64,000 nucleotides of DNA from Mantamonas sphyraenae STR306 (taxonomy: Eukaryota; Protista; CRuMs). Made by a program: the position numbers and the translations under genes. Below are positions 43,891 to 55,838 of the stretch, piece by piece. Where the stretch lies: contig JAPMXV010000058.1 in NCBI GenBank assembly GCA_026936335.1, positions 186,001 through 250,000 on the forward strand. Reading direction: 5' to 3'. A model generated the notes under the pieces. It did not search any database and had not been told where the DNA came from. It saw only the letters and a program-made list of their open reading frames with translations. Positions within the stretch are counted from its first letter, which is position 1. Each line of letters opens with the position of its first letter.

Positions 43891-46027
43891 ATGTTTGCGC
43901 GAAGTGCATACAAGACTGGTCAGAGGACGCTGCACGCAGCTGCAGCCATGCAACCCATGCCGGCGGCCGCTGGCATGGTTCGCTCTCTGCACGATGACGC
44001 CCTCAATGTGCTGGAAAGCCAGATCTCCACGTCGTCACCCGAGTTCCAGGTTCGTTCTGCACAACTCGGCTCGCTGCACCCACGTACGCCCTCGTATCAC
44101 GAACACCACTGACCCCGATGACGCGCACGGTGGCCCTTACACATGCTACAGGAGAACTATGCAAAGAACACCCAGGCTGTGGAGGATCTGCAGGCGCTGG
44201 TGAAAACCATCAAGGCCGGTGAGTTTTTGGAAGACGAAAGAGAGGGAAAGGGCGCAAACGGCGCGCCACTGCAAGCACACAAGGACGTACACACTCACAC
44301 AACACGCCATGCCCTGCATATGGCCCCAACGCATGGGATGCACCGCACAGGTGGCGGTGAACAGGCGCAGCAGAAGCACGTGGCGCGCAACAAGATGCTT
44401 GCTCGCGACCGTATCAACGCGTTGCTGGACGACGGGTAAGTCAAGCGCAAAAGCGACACTCACATTCCTCCGACGCGCGCAGGGCGCATGCATACGCCAC
44501 GCGGCTGTGCACAGGGGCCTGTGGCAGCCATGTGCACCTTTCCATTACCATGAGGTGACCCAAACCCATGTGTGCATGGCACTGACACGGCCGCGGACCC
44601 GGTTGCACACATCCAGCTCGCCGTTCCTTGAATTCTCGCAGCTGGCCGGTCACGAACTGTACGGATCGGACTCTGTGCCTGCTGGAGGCATCATCACGGG
44701 CATTGGTACGATCCAGGGCACGCAGTGTGTTGTGGTGGCCAACGACGCCACGGTGAAGGGCGGCTCGTACTACCCGATCACGGTGAAGAAGCACCTGCGT
44801 GCACAAGAGATTGCCATGCAGAACAAGTTGCCCTGTGTGTACATGGTGGACTCTGGAGGAGCCAACCTGCCGCGTCAGGCAGATGTGTTTCCCGATCGCG
44901 ACCACTTTGGCCGCATCTTTTACAACCAGGCTCGCATGTCCTCGCAGAACATCCCGCAGATTGCCGTGGTGATGGGTTCCTGCACGGCAGGCGGCGCTTA
45001 TGTGCCGGCCATGGCTGACGAGAGTGTGATTGTCAAGGGCAACGGCACCATCTTTCTGGGTGGCCCTCCCCTGGTCAAGGCTGCCACGGGAGAGGTTGTG
45101 TCTGCCGAGGACCTGGGTGGCGCCGACCTGCACTGTCGCACGTCGGGCGTGACGGATCACTTTGCCGAGGACGACGCACACGCGCTTGCGATCACGCGTC
45201 GCATTGTGGCGAACCTGAACCGCAGCAACGTGGCAGGCACGACACTGACCGAGGTCCAAGAGCCGCTGTACGACCCGTCGGAGCTGCGTGGCGTGGTTCC
45301 CCATGATTACCGGCAGCCGTTTGACATCCGCGAGGTGATTGCTCGCGTGGTGGATGGCTCCCGCTTCGACGAGTTTAAGCGCCTGTTTGGAGAGACACTG
45401 GTGACTGGGTTTGCCCGTCTGTACGGCATGCCGGTTGGCATTGTGGCAAACAACGGCATCCTGTTTGGCGAGAGCGCACAGAAGGGAGCTCACTTTGTCG
45501 AACTGTGCTCGCAGCGCAAGATCCCGCTCCTGTTCCTGCAGAACATCACTGGCTTTATGGTAGGTTCCACCTACGAAAAGGGAGGCATTGCCAAGCATGG
45601 TGCCAAGATGGTCACTGCCGTCGCCTGTGCAAACGTGCCCAAGATCACAACCATTGTGGGCGGCTCCTTTGGCGCGGGCAACTATGGCATGTGCGGCCGT
45701 GCCTACTCGCCTCGCTTCATGTGGATGTGGCCTCAGGCCAAGATCTCCGTCATGGGCGGCGACCAGGCAGCAAACGTGTTGTCGCAGATCAAGCTGGACA
45801 ACATGGAGCGCGCAGGCGAAACCTGGCCCGAGGACGAGCAGGCTGCCTTCAAGGCTCCCATTGCCGCCAAGTACGAAACCGAAGGCCACAGTTACTTCTC
45901 CAGCGCCCGTCTGTGGGACGACGGCGTCATCGACCCGGCCGACACGCGTCGCATCCTCGGCCTCAGCCTGGCGGCCTCCGTTGGCCAGGGTGTGGAAGAG
46001 ACCAAGTTTGGCGTGTTCCGCATGTGA
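43891..46027 (+). CDS. MCCC2: 3-methylcrotonoyl-CoA carboxylase beta subunit (multi-exon)
   Basis: [57 protein letters not shown] and terminal FGVFRM. Confidence 0.96.
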
Positions 46028-46126
46028 TTGGGGTGGCAGTTTGGAAGCGGAAGTGGACGGGAAGGGGAAATGGAATGTGATTCATGGTCTGTTCCGGTCT
46101 GTTACGGTATGGTGGCGTGACACATT

Positions 46127-46865
46127 TCAATCTGCGGCCATGACGAGTGCCTCCGTGTCCTGGAGCGTCTGCAAATCCACCGTGGGTTGCTCAACCTTGG
46201 CCACGCCGGGAAGGGATGCAATGACAGTCTCTGGGTTGACACGCTCGCGCGGGTTGGACTCCTTCAGGAGCGGGTAGCGAGCAATCATGGCCGCGTGGAC
46301 CTGGTCGCCCACGTAGAAGCGCTGGCGGATGAACAAACTGGTTTCGTTCCATCCCACCACCTTTGTGCGGATGGTGTAGCGCATGAACGGGCGCAGCTCA
46401 CGTCGGTAGCGGATGTTGTTGGAGGCCATCACAATGAAGCACTTTGCGTTCTTGAACGCGCGATGCAGACCACTCTCGATAAAGAAGGAGACACGCGCAT
46501 GGTCGCATGCATACATATAGCGGCTGTGGGGGTGGTGAGAGGCAATGGGTGAGTCGGCGGGGGACAAAAAGTACACCCGCGGCTCGGCGGACTGCTTCCG
46601 AAACGCCGCCTTGACTCACCTATTGTTCATGTGGAGGTTAAAGTCAACGTCCTGCAACCACACCCAACTTGTCCACTCGTGTTCATCCTTGGTGACGTCA
46701 AACTGTGGTGCAGTGAGGCATGGTGAGCGGGTTGAAACACACGCATCGCGGCATCCAGCACGATCAATCTCAGAGACCCACCTTGGACGTGTCGATCCAC
46801 CCCAACTTGTGCCACAGCCAATGCACAACGATGAGAAAGCCCATGCGCAGTGCGTATTCAAGCAT
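46127..46865 (-). CDS. Hotdog-fold thioesterase (THEM6-like), multi-exon
   Basis: DVDFNLHMNN.RY...D.AR and IRYRRELRPF motifs. Confidence 0.8.
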
Positions 46866-47056
46866 TGTGGTCGATTGATTGCGCTGTTTCAAACCTCGCA
46901 CAGCCCCATCACATCGTCCACGTGAACCAAACCACCTCCCTCTGCGCCCCTCCCCCTCCCCCCTTAACCCCTTTCTGGTTCATCACGTTCCACATGCGCT
47001 CCCTCCCATTTCAGCTTCCCCGACTGCCCTTGGCGACACAACCAGTTCAAAACCGA

Positions 47057-47297
47057 ATGTCGATCAAGTTTGCTTTGCTCCTGCTTGCCGTGCTTGCCGT
47101 GCAGCAGGTGTCAGCCCAGCAGTACGGCCCACGTCTGGACCCGGCGTGTGCTGAGTACAACCGCAAGGTTGCGGCGGCGGAGGAGACCGCCAACATCATT
47201 TCTGGCTGCGTTCAGTTGTTCTTCTTCCTGTGCGGCCTTGTGTACGGCTACCTGGAGAAGAACCGTCGCGAAACACAGCGACGTGAGCAAGGTATGC

Positions 47298-47330
<33 letters not shown>

Positions 47331-48322
47331 TGAAAGGGATGGCCAAGTGCCAAGGGCGCTCCTCACACATTTCTCCTCTCACTTTGCTCCCACAGGACGC
47401 GGCTACGCCAACCTGAACCCCACGGGTGGCGATCACGTGGTTGGACTGTGCGATAACACCTGCAACTGCGAGATCTGTACGTGTGCAGAACGCCAAGCGC
47501 ATGCTCGGGAGCTCCTTTTTGTGAGCCGCGAGCCACCCCACACGACCCTCCCACTGACACCTTTCTCACCGCGTTCAGGTCTGCCCTCGCTCTTCCTGTG
47601 CCAGTACGTTCAGCAGGCCCAAGCTTTGCGTAGCGATGGGATACGTGTGTGTGCGTGCGTGCATGTGTGTGTGCACTGTGTACTAACGTCGTGTGTGTCG
47701 CTGTGTGTCCAGTTTTGTGGCCGTCTTCAACCGTGCCGAGGTCGACAACCGCGAGTGTCTCTGTGTCGACAGCATCTGCCACGTCAACCCGTACCAGACG
47801 CGCCAGAGCATGCGCACCAAGTTTGCCATGAACAGGTATGGATTGCACGCTCATGCCATGTTTTCTGCCTTTTACCCAGTGTTTGAGAGCGACCCCCCTT
47901 GGCGCCCTCGTGTGCTGACCCCCCTTCCCCCCCCCGTGCGACTATCCACAGGGACGAGTGCATGGACTGTGTCTGCCTCACCTTTTGCATCCCCTGCAGT
48001 CTGTGCCAGGACGCAAAGGAGATCGAGATGCGCGAGCGTGGTCTGGTCGCCGTAAGTTTGCGTTCCCATCGAGCGCCCGAGCGAGAAAAAAGTGGCATTG
48101 CACTCGCTGACTCCCGCTTGCCCCTTGTTCCACGCTTTGCTCTCTTTATGGCCACAGAACCAGGTGAACAACGCTGTGCCGGTCAACGCCCAGCCTGTGT
48201 AATTGATGCATTTGCTATACATCCGGATGGTGAGTCCCAGCGTGGTTGACAAAACCCCCACCTGCCCCTATCCTTTTCCTGCCCTGTGTCTTGAAGCCAG
48301 TTCCAGAGATGATCCAGATTAA
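47057..48322 (+). CDS. PLAC8/cornifelin-like Cys-rich membrane protein, copy 1 (multi-exon; end approximate)
   Basis: Signal peptide plus TM, GLCD..C, RQSMRTKF and DC...FC.PC.LCQ..KE motifs. Confidence 0.7.
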
Positions 48323-48600
48323 CAACCAGAGCCAGCGAGCGCCTCGCCTGTTAGCGAACATGCTCTGCTTGCGCCGGACGACAACGCAAGCCTGAGGAAC
48401 TCCCATGGCACAACCCCTTTTTTTGTCACTCTTGTCCCCACTTTTTCGCAGCCACCGTGCTCAACACACCTCCATGCTGACACGTCTGTGCACCGTTGCC
48501 GACTCCCACGTGTGTGGGTGGGTGTGTCGGTGTGTGTCTGTTCCACATTTCTGCAATGAAGACCCGCATCCCAGCCAACCAAAACTTTTCGTTTCGATCG

Positions 48601-49587
48601 ATGCGCTGGTTCGCCGTCACTCTCGTGCTGCTTATTTGCATGCACACGGCCCAGGCCGTGACTGAAGAAGAATGCAGGCGACAGCGAGAGACCATCGTCT
48701 TTGAGACGCGTCTCCCAGGTGTACGTGTTGCCCATTGTTGCGTGCGGCTCCCAAGCAGAGGTCGTTCCCACGGACACGCGACCGTGCCTGCCGCCCTCTC
48801 TATCCCCGCCTAGCTCCACACCCATACCGCGTGCACACGCGCACATGCAGTACCCATGCAGATTCGATGCACGCACACATTTCCCTGTGGCATCCGTGTG
48901 CATGACAAGCCGTGGCCGTGGTCGTCACCGCGAAAGAAACCCCGCGCTCGCAAAACCCTCTCTTCTGACCCTTTGGCTGCCCCTGTTGCCTCCCACAGGA
49001 CATCATTGCCATTGTCTTCTTCCTGGTCGGCCTCATCTGGGGCTACTTTGAGAGGCAGGCCCGTGCCGATGATCGCCGCCTCACGCAACGTCCTTACGTG
49101 CAGCGTCCCAATGGTGCCAATGCTTACCAAGTCACGCTCTTTGAAAACATGTGCAACCCGCGTTTCTGTGTGCCCACCTGCTTCTGCCTGCACGCCGTGC
49201 TTGCCTTTAACCGTTCCGAGGTCGACAACCGCCCCTGCACTCTCTGCGATGTCCTCTGCACCGACACGCCGTGGTTCATTCGCCAGAGTCTCCGCGCCAA
49301 ATACGGCATGGAAACGTACGTGTGTGCCCTCCCATGCCCACACCAGCCAATAGCCAATGTTGTAGCCAATGCCAATGACATGCCCCTAGTGGCACCCACT
49401 CACACACACACACATACACACACACACACACCCAACATGTGCAAACAGCGACGAGAAGGGCGATTGCTGGAAGACCTGCATTTGCCTGTGGTGTGCCACA
49501 TGCCAGGACGCAGGTGAGATGGAACTGCGTGAGCAGGGTGCTGGATATGGCAACTTGATGGAGGGTGAGGCTCAGCCGTACGTGTAA
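48601..49587 (+). CDS. PLAC8/cornifelin-like Cys-rich membrane protein, copy 2 (multi-exon)
   Basis: Paralogous to copy 1 (FNRSEVDNR vs FNRAEVDNR; RQSLRAKY vs RQSMRTKF). Confidence 0.7.
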
Positions 49588-49658
49588 ACGCGTGTGGGAG
49601 CACAAAAACGGATCTTGGATTTCTCTTCTGCCGCTATTTGTTGTGCGTGTGTGTGTCG

Positions 49659-51313
49659 TCACTCCTCCTCCAAGTTGGAGATCTCCTTGAGCAGCAATGC
49701 CTTTTCCTCGTTAAATACCTCCTCGGTGTTGTCCAGGTGGAACGACTCCAGGAAGGAGATCAGCTTCTGCTTGTTCTTGTACAAAATGTGCAGCACCTCG
49801 GGCGACTTGTTCGGGTTGGCCACAAACACCTTGAACACGTGGAACGCCTCAAACTGGATCGACTTGTACTTGTCGCGCAGCAGCATCATCATCGTCTTCA
49901 GGTTGTCCGGCTCTGCAATGTACTGCGTCATGATGTCAAAGTTTTTCCTGTCCAGCAGCAGTTCACCCAAAAGCTGTGCGTGTTGTGTGTGGTGTGTGTG
50001 GTGTGTGTGTGTGTGAGTACGCAACAACCCGTGGCACCCCATCCTCTTCTTGGCACCACCACGTACCTTGAGCGACTGCCTGCGGGTCACGTAGTTGTCC
50101 GACACAAGCAGCGTCTGGTACAGGCCAAACACAGTCTCAAAGTTGTTCAGCATGTACTCTGCGCACAAGTCCTTGTTCTTGGTCAGCAGATCCTTGAGTG
50201 TGGAGAAGCCATCGGATGCCAGGTCAAAGTTGGGCTCCTCGATGAGCTTGAACACTCGCTCAAACCAGGCCCCGTCCTCGGCGTTCAGGATCTCGCTGGC
50301 CAGTTCCTCGTGTGCAATGCAGTCGCGCAGCATGATGCCCACTGTCAGAGACACCTCTTGGTCAAAGTAGCTGTGTGGTTTTTGACCCGTCGAATCGAGG
50401 GTGAGCGTGGGTGAGCGATCTCCCTTGCCTCAGACGTTCCCACAGACGTTTTCCCTCCCACCCGCCTCCCTCTCCCCCTGTACCACCTACGCGTTCAACA
50501 GCAGGTCCAGGATGTTGTTCTCTAGCACATATGTGGCAAACGGGTAACGGTCTGCCGACGACGTGCCTCCTTCATGGCGCAGCAGCGCGCCAAAGATTGC
50601 AGCCAGATCCTTCTTGGCCTCAAAGTCCAGCTCGTTCAAGTTGCCCAGAAGCAGTGGGAAGAAGTTTGTCGTTGTTGCCTCCTCCACAATGCTCTCTGCA
50701 CTCTCTGCCTCGTCGTGCAACAGCGTCTTGAGTGCAGCCAGCTTCTTCCTCACCTCCTCCTGGTCCTTGTCCTGTGCGGGGTTTTTGTGTCGCTCGCGAG
50801 GTCAGCCTTCCTTTTCTGGCGCACTCACGCCCGCCTCACGCTCTTCCACGTCCATCTGCACAATCCCACCACCGGCTCGCTGACCCGCATGCTGCATCGC
50901 AACCATCACTCCTGCGCCCTCTCGCTCGCACGGCGTCCGCTGGGGTCCGTCTCGGACTGCGTCCATTTGCCCTCGGCCTGAGGAGAGGGCGCGACTTTTT
51001 GCACACACGAGGAAACCAAGAGCTCCCCCCACACACAAATACACGCTCACACACGCTCTCTCTCCCTCACGTGGTACACGGCGTACACACACCCAGGCAC
51101 GGTCACGCTGCAATAACAGAATGGGCATGATGACTACAAAGGCGTCGTGGGGATTGTCCCACGCCGCCGCCATTCCTGGTTCGCCTCCACGCCAAACCAC
51201 ACACTGACTGCACCACACCACAAACACACCTCCTTCAGAGCCTTGGTCGTCGCGGCCATCAGCTGCGACGGGCTGTTCGACGATCCGCCTAGCAGCTTCT
51301 TGAACATCGACAT
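49659..51313 (-). CDS. CAB39: MO25/CAB39 kinase scaffold (multi-exon)
   Basis: LDFEAKKD, GIMLRDC, NYVTRRQSLKLLGELLLDR and IQFEAFHVFKVFVANP. Confidence 0.95.
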
Positions 51314-51507
51314 TCGAGTTGGGCTTGCCACGTTTGCGGCCGTTTTCATTCCACACCTCATGAATGACGCATCTGCTCACCCCGGCTCCCCTCTGTGTGG
51401 CAATGCCATCCCAGGAGGAGGCTCCACGTTGAACCCTGGAGAATCCGTGTGTGCATGGGAGGGTGCACGTCGCAGGCGCAGCCAACCGGAACACGTTGCC
51501 TCCCAAG

Positions 51508-53037
51508 ATGAGCTTCCTCAAGTCGTTCACCAAGAAGCTGAAGGGCAGCAGAAACGAGGCGGACGAGGACGTACAGGAGGAAAAGGCGAAGGACCGCGAT
51601 GGCAAGGGAAAGGACACGTCGAACAGCAGCGGAGAGGGTGGAGAGGGAGAAGAAGGAGAGGGCACCTCCCTGGCTGCTGAAGGAAGGGTGTGGAGCGCAG
51701 AGGCGACGGTTTGGGACACAGGCCTGGCTGGCCACGACTACATCGCAGGGGTTCCCATCCAGGGCAAGCCACAGCTGCTTACGTTTGCGGGCAGCGCGTC
51801 AGACACCTACACGTCGGGTGTCTTCCTGCTGGACTTCCGCTTGCAAATCGCCCAAGAATTGAACGTCACCAATGGCGAGCGGATGGAAAAGCGACGTGGC
51901 CTGTGTGTCTCCTACCTGGGCAACAACCTCATCGCGGTGATGTTTGGCGCCACGCCAGGCGACCGGAAAACAAACACGGTCGATTTTGTGGAAATCAACG
52001 AGGACGAAAACTCGGGCGAGTTGACCCTCACCTGCGTCACCGACAAGTTTAAACTCAACGACGAGCGTCCCACTGGACGGTGGTTCTCCAGCGCGGTGCA
52101 ACTGTCACCAGGGGATCACGAGGGACACGGGGCAAGGTTGCTCATCGGCTTTGGCAGCGACGGCAGCAACAAGAAGAGCGACCTGTGGACCCTCACGCGT
52201 GTGGACGACACCCACATGCGTTGGGAAAGCGTATCGATGTTTGGAGGGGCGGGAGGCACCCCGGGGGAGCGCTATTGTCAGAGTATGTTCAAGTGGCACG
52301 ACGCCACGGAAAACGAGGACTATGTGGTCATCTACGGCAGCTACAGCAGCAGTGACTCGCAATTGGACCAAATGTGGAAGATGAGGCTGAGTACGGGCGA
52401 ATGGTTCCCGCTGGACACGAGTGGGGAGCCATGCACGCGTGGGTTGCACGCAGCCGGCCTCGTGGGCAATGTGGTGTGCATTTGGGGCGAGCTCGCCAGC
52501 AAGAGTACAGACGTGAAGAAGAAGCTGGCCATGTACAGCTTGTTGGACAACAAATGGCTGGCCACCGACGAATCCGGCATGGAAGAGTTTCACACACACT
52601 ACGGCGCCGCATACGCAACCTACGAGAACCAACTCATGGTCTACGGTGGGTACAATCGTAGCAAGAGCTCCAGCGCGTTTAAGCTCGTCCTCCCGCAGGA
52701 GTTCCACATGATCGAGTGGACCCCAGAGACGCATCTTCTGTTCTCCCGTGGCTTCCGCGACCGCGTCTTTGCCCTCCTCTGCGCCAATTGGATTGCATAC
52801 AACGGCCGCGACGTGGGCGACGACGAAAGCAAGGATGGGGCTGACGAGGAGAAGCTGGCCATCCTTTCCCAGGATTTGGAGGACATGACCTGGACAGCAC
52901 TGCCCTACGAGGTCTTGGAACGGATCGTGGAGCACCTTGCCATCATCGAACAACTGACCAACATTTCCACCACGGTGTCCCAGTGGAACGAAGGGGGCAG
53001 TGGCAGTGGCAGCAGCAGCAGCAGCAGCAGCAGCTGA
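51508..53037 (+). CDS. Kelch-repeat beta-propeller protein with C-terminal F-box/SOCS-like helical motif
   Basis: PTGRWFSSA, PGERYCQS, DLW.L and VYGG kelch motifs; terminal WTPETH...LPYEVLERIVEHL. Confidence 0.7.
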   Translation: MSFLKSFTKKLKGSRNEADEDVQEEKAKDRDGKGKDTSNSSGEGGEGEEGEGTSLAAEGRVWSAEATVWDTGLAGHDYIAGVPIQGKPQLLTFAGSASDTYTSGVFLLDFRLQIAQELNVTNGERMEKRRGLCVSYLGNNLIAVMFGATPGDRKTNTVDFVEINEDENSGELTLTCVTDKFKLNDERPTGRWFSSAVQLSPGDHEGHGARLLIGFGSDGSNKKSDLWTLTRVDDTHMRWESVSMFGGAGGTPGERYCQSMFKWHDATENEDYVVIYGSYSSSDSQLDQMWKMRLSTGEWFPLDTSGEPCTRGLHAAGLVGNVVCIWGELASKSTDVKKKLAMYSLLDNKWLATDESGMEEFHTHYGAAYATYENQLMVYGGYNRSKSSSAFKLVLPQEFHMIEWTPETHLLFSRGFRDRVFALLCANWIAYNGRDVGDDESKDGADEEKLAILSQDLEDMTWTALPYEVLERIVEHLAIIEQLTNISTTVSQWNEGGSGSGSSSSSSSS

Positions 53038-53160
53038 TTCGGGAAAATCACCACCACCACCACCACACAGGCCTACAAAAGCAGAGAGACATGATGACCC
53101 AAGACAGAGGGAGAGATGAAAGGGGAAGGGAGTGACTCTTCACTGGAGTGCTGTGCCTGC

Positions 53161-54562
53161 TCACTTGTCGGCGCGGATCCAGTCGTACACCTGGCCAGCA
53201 AAGGCGGTCATAAAGATGGTATGCCACGAGGCGTGGAGGGCACGGAACTGCCAGCCTGCAACAAAGGCCATGTAACCACGTTCAGCATACATCTCCTTGG
53301 CCACCGAGGTCATGGTGACCTTGGGGCCGCCAGCCTTGCGTGCCTTTTGCGAGTTGGCCACCAGGGTGTCCAGAGGCATGGTCAGCGTGGAGGCGAAGCC
53401 ACCAAAGGCACCAGCCAGCACCTTTTCCGTCATGGACAGCTCGCGCTTCTCGCCGCCCTTGAGCTGCTCCTTTGCGTACGAGTTGGCCCAGAAGCGAATG
53501 CCCCAATCAATGCCGCGCTTCGTCGTCATGCTCGTCATGCCACGGAACAGCGAGCTCATGCCCTCTGTGCGCAGCACCACGCCAATCAGCTTCGTCGAGT
53601 CGGCCAGCAGCGCACTGTGCGGTCGTGGTGCCATGGTTGTGGGTGCCAGCGTGGTTCGTGTGGTGTGTGTGAGTTTGGCGTTTCCCGTGAACAGAAACGG
53701 GCACAAAGAGGCCGGCCGGTCCGGGAACCCGCCCCCGGGTTCCGGCTTTGGATCCTTCCATGCACGCCAACCCTGCATGCAATGGCATCCGGATACTCGC
53801 CATCACATGCATTGGACGTCTGCACGTGCTGTAGTTGCATGGAGAATCTCATGCGAAACATACCCGATGCCCTGGCCCTCAGCCTTGGTCATGCCCGAAA
53901 ACTTGGGATCGGTCATGATGATTGTCTTCAGTCGCTGCGTGGGGGTCATAAACACACCCTGGCCGACACCGCCCATCATCTGTGCAGAGAGTGTGTGTAG
54001 ATGAATGCGCGAGGGCATGTCAACAGCGTGGGAATGTCAGCTGCCCCTGTGCGGAGACGTGAAGAAAGGAAAAGCGCCGCCGCCGCCGAAAACTGACACC
54101 GCCAATGGTTTGCGCCGTCTTGTCGCCCACGTCCATCTTCTTCAGATGGTACTCCACCTCAGTCTTGATAAAGAGCACAGGGATGCCCTTGACACACTGT
54201 GTGTGGTGTGAGCCGCGCCGTGTGTGAGTCTTTTGGTGACGCGGGAAGACGTGCAGCCTGACGGCACACGCATGCCACCCAGCGGCCTTGGACGCCCGTC
54301 ACCGCTTCGAAAACCGTACCTGGATGGCCCCCCAGGGCACAAAGCCCTTGTAGCATCCAGCCAGACCGTCCGCCTTGTAGATGTCCTTGATGATGGTGCC
54401 GTACGGCTGCAGCGTGGCCTGGCGAGTGATCTTGACCATCTCCATCCAATGGCCCAGCGTCACCATCTCGGCAAGGACCATCGCCGGTCCAATGACCAGC
54501 TTTTCGTAGGAAATGTGGTGCTCGGGTGTGGGAGCGATCGGCGGGGTGATGGCCTGCGACAT
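53161..54562 (-). CDS. Mitochondrial carrier (YHM2-like citrate/oxoglutarate carrier), multi-exon
   Basis: Carrier repeats (TLGHWMEMVK, MTPTQRLKT, TMPLDTL) and YKGFVPWG. Confidence 0.75.
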
Positions 54563-54624
54563 GAGGTTGCGAAAAGAAACTCAGCTGGGGCCGAGTGCGC
54601 GCCCCGGGGCAAACCCCTCCAACA

Positions 54625-55666
54625 ATGTCCACCACCACCGATGTGCGTGGCCCATTCACCACTTCCCCCCCCCCCCCCCCCATTTCACATCTGTGCTCAC
54701 GCCCCTCCTCCCTCGCAGATCTCCTTTCCGCTGCTTTCGGCGGCAAGCGTCTTGATTCTGGCGATCATCGGCGGCATTCTTCCCCTCCACCTCGGCAGAC
54801 GCAACGACACCACGGGCCTCCTCACTCTGGGCAACTTTTTCTCGGCGGGCGTCTTTCTAGCCGCTGGCATGGTGCATATGCTGCCAGATGCAAATGCAGG
54901 TGAGAAAAGCGGGTGACGTCATCGCTTTGGAAAACCTCCCGTCCACTCACACAGGCCTCCCGCAGCGTGGCAAGGTCTCAACGCGTCTGGATTTCCCCTC
55001 CCGGGCCTTTGTGCCGCATTGGGCTTCCTTCTCGTGTTCTTCCTGGAACGTGTGGCCGTCGACATCAGCGAGGAGTCCCTGCAAAAGGCGGCGCTGGCAT
55101 TGGACGAGGACTCGGAAGAGGATCCGGAAACCACGCCCACCGATCTCTCACTTGTGCGCGAGCAGAATCAGGAAAGCAGCGCAGCACAGACGACGACAAC
55201 AGCCAGGCCCACAAGCGCCTATTTGCTTTTGGCAGTCCTCTCGGTGCACTCGTTCATTGCAGGCCTTGCTCTGGGAGTTGCAAGGGACCCCACAGCCGGT
55301 GTGGTCCTCCTCGTGGCCATCATGTCGCACAAGAGTCTGGCTGCTTTTGCATTGGGCGTTGCCCTTGTGCGCTCCAACGCCAGCAGGTCAACGGTGTGGA
55401 AGCTGGTCCTGGCCTTTTCCACGGCCACCCCGCTGGGCATCTGCCTGGGGCTTCTCGTCGCCACAACGGCTGACTCGGTAGGGGTCATGTGGGTACAGGC
55501 CATCGCCCTTGGCACCGGCTCCGGTACCTTCCTCTACGTCGCCGGTGTCGACATCATGGTCCACGACATTGAAAAGTTTGGCGACCACGACAAGTCCAAG
55601 GGTGTCAAGTTTGCGATGATGATGATTGGTTTCTCTGCCATGGCCATTCTCGCCCTCATTGTGTAG
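54625..55666 (+). CDS. ZIP (Zrt/Irt) zinc transporter, multi-exon
   Basis: AGVFLAAGMVHMLPDA, LSVHSFIAGLALG, AIMSHK and GTFLYV. Confidence 0.9.
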
Positions 55667-55838
55667 AGAGTGCGGTGTGTGTGTGATGTGTGTATTTGTG
55701 CGTGTTGTGTGTGTGTGTGTGCATGCCTTTGTGTCTGCATGTGCTTTTGCTGCCCACCGAATACATGATCGAAGTACTATACAGCCTTCTCTTGATGGCA
55801 TTGTGTTGAACCCGCTGCCCATCGGCACCCAACCATCC

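Noticed and set aside
47299-47330. (TG)n/(CA)n and (GA)n microsatellites (also about 9395, 17325, 27525, 30455, 49400)
   Set aside because: General feature of introns in this genome; no locus-specific significance.
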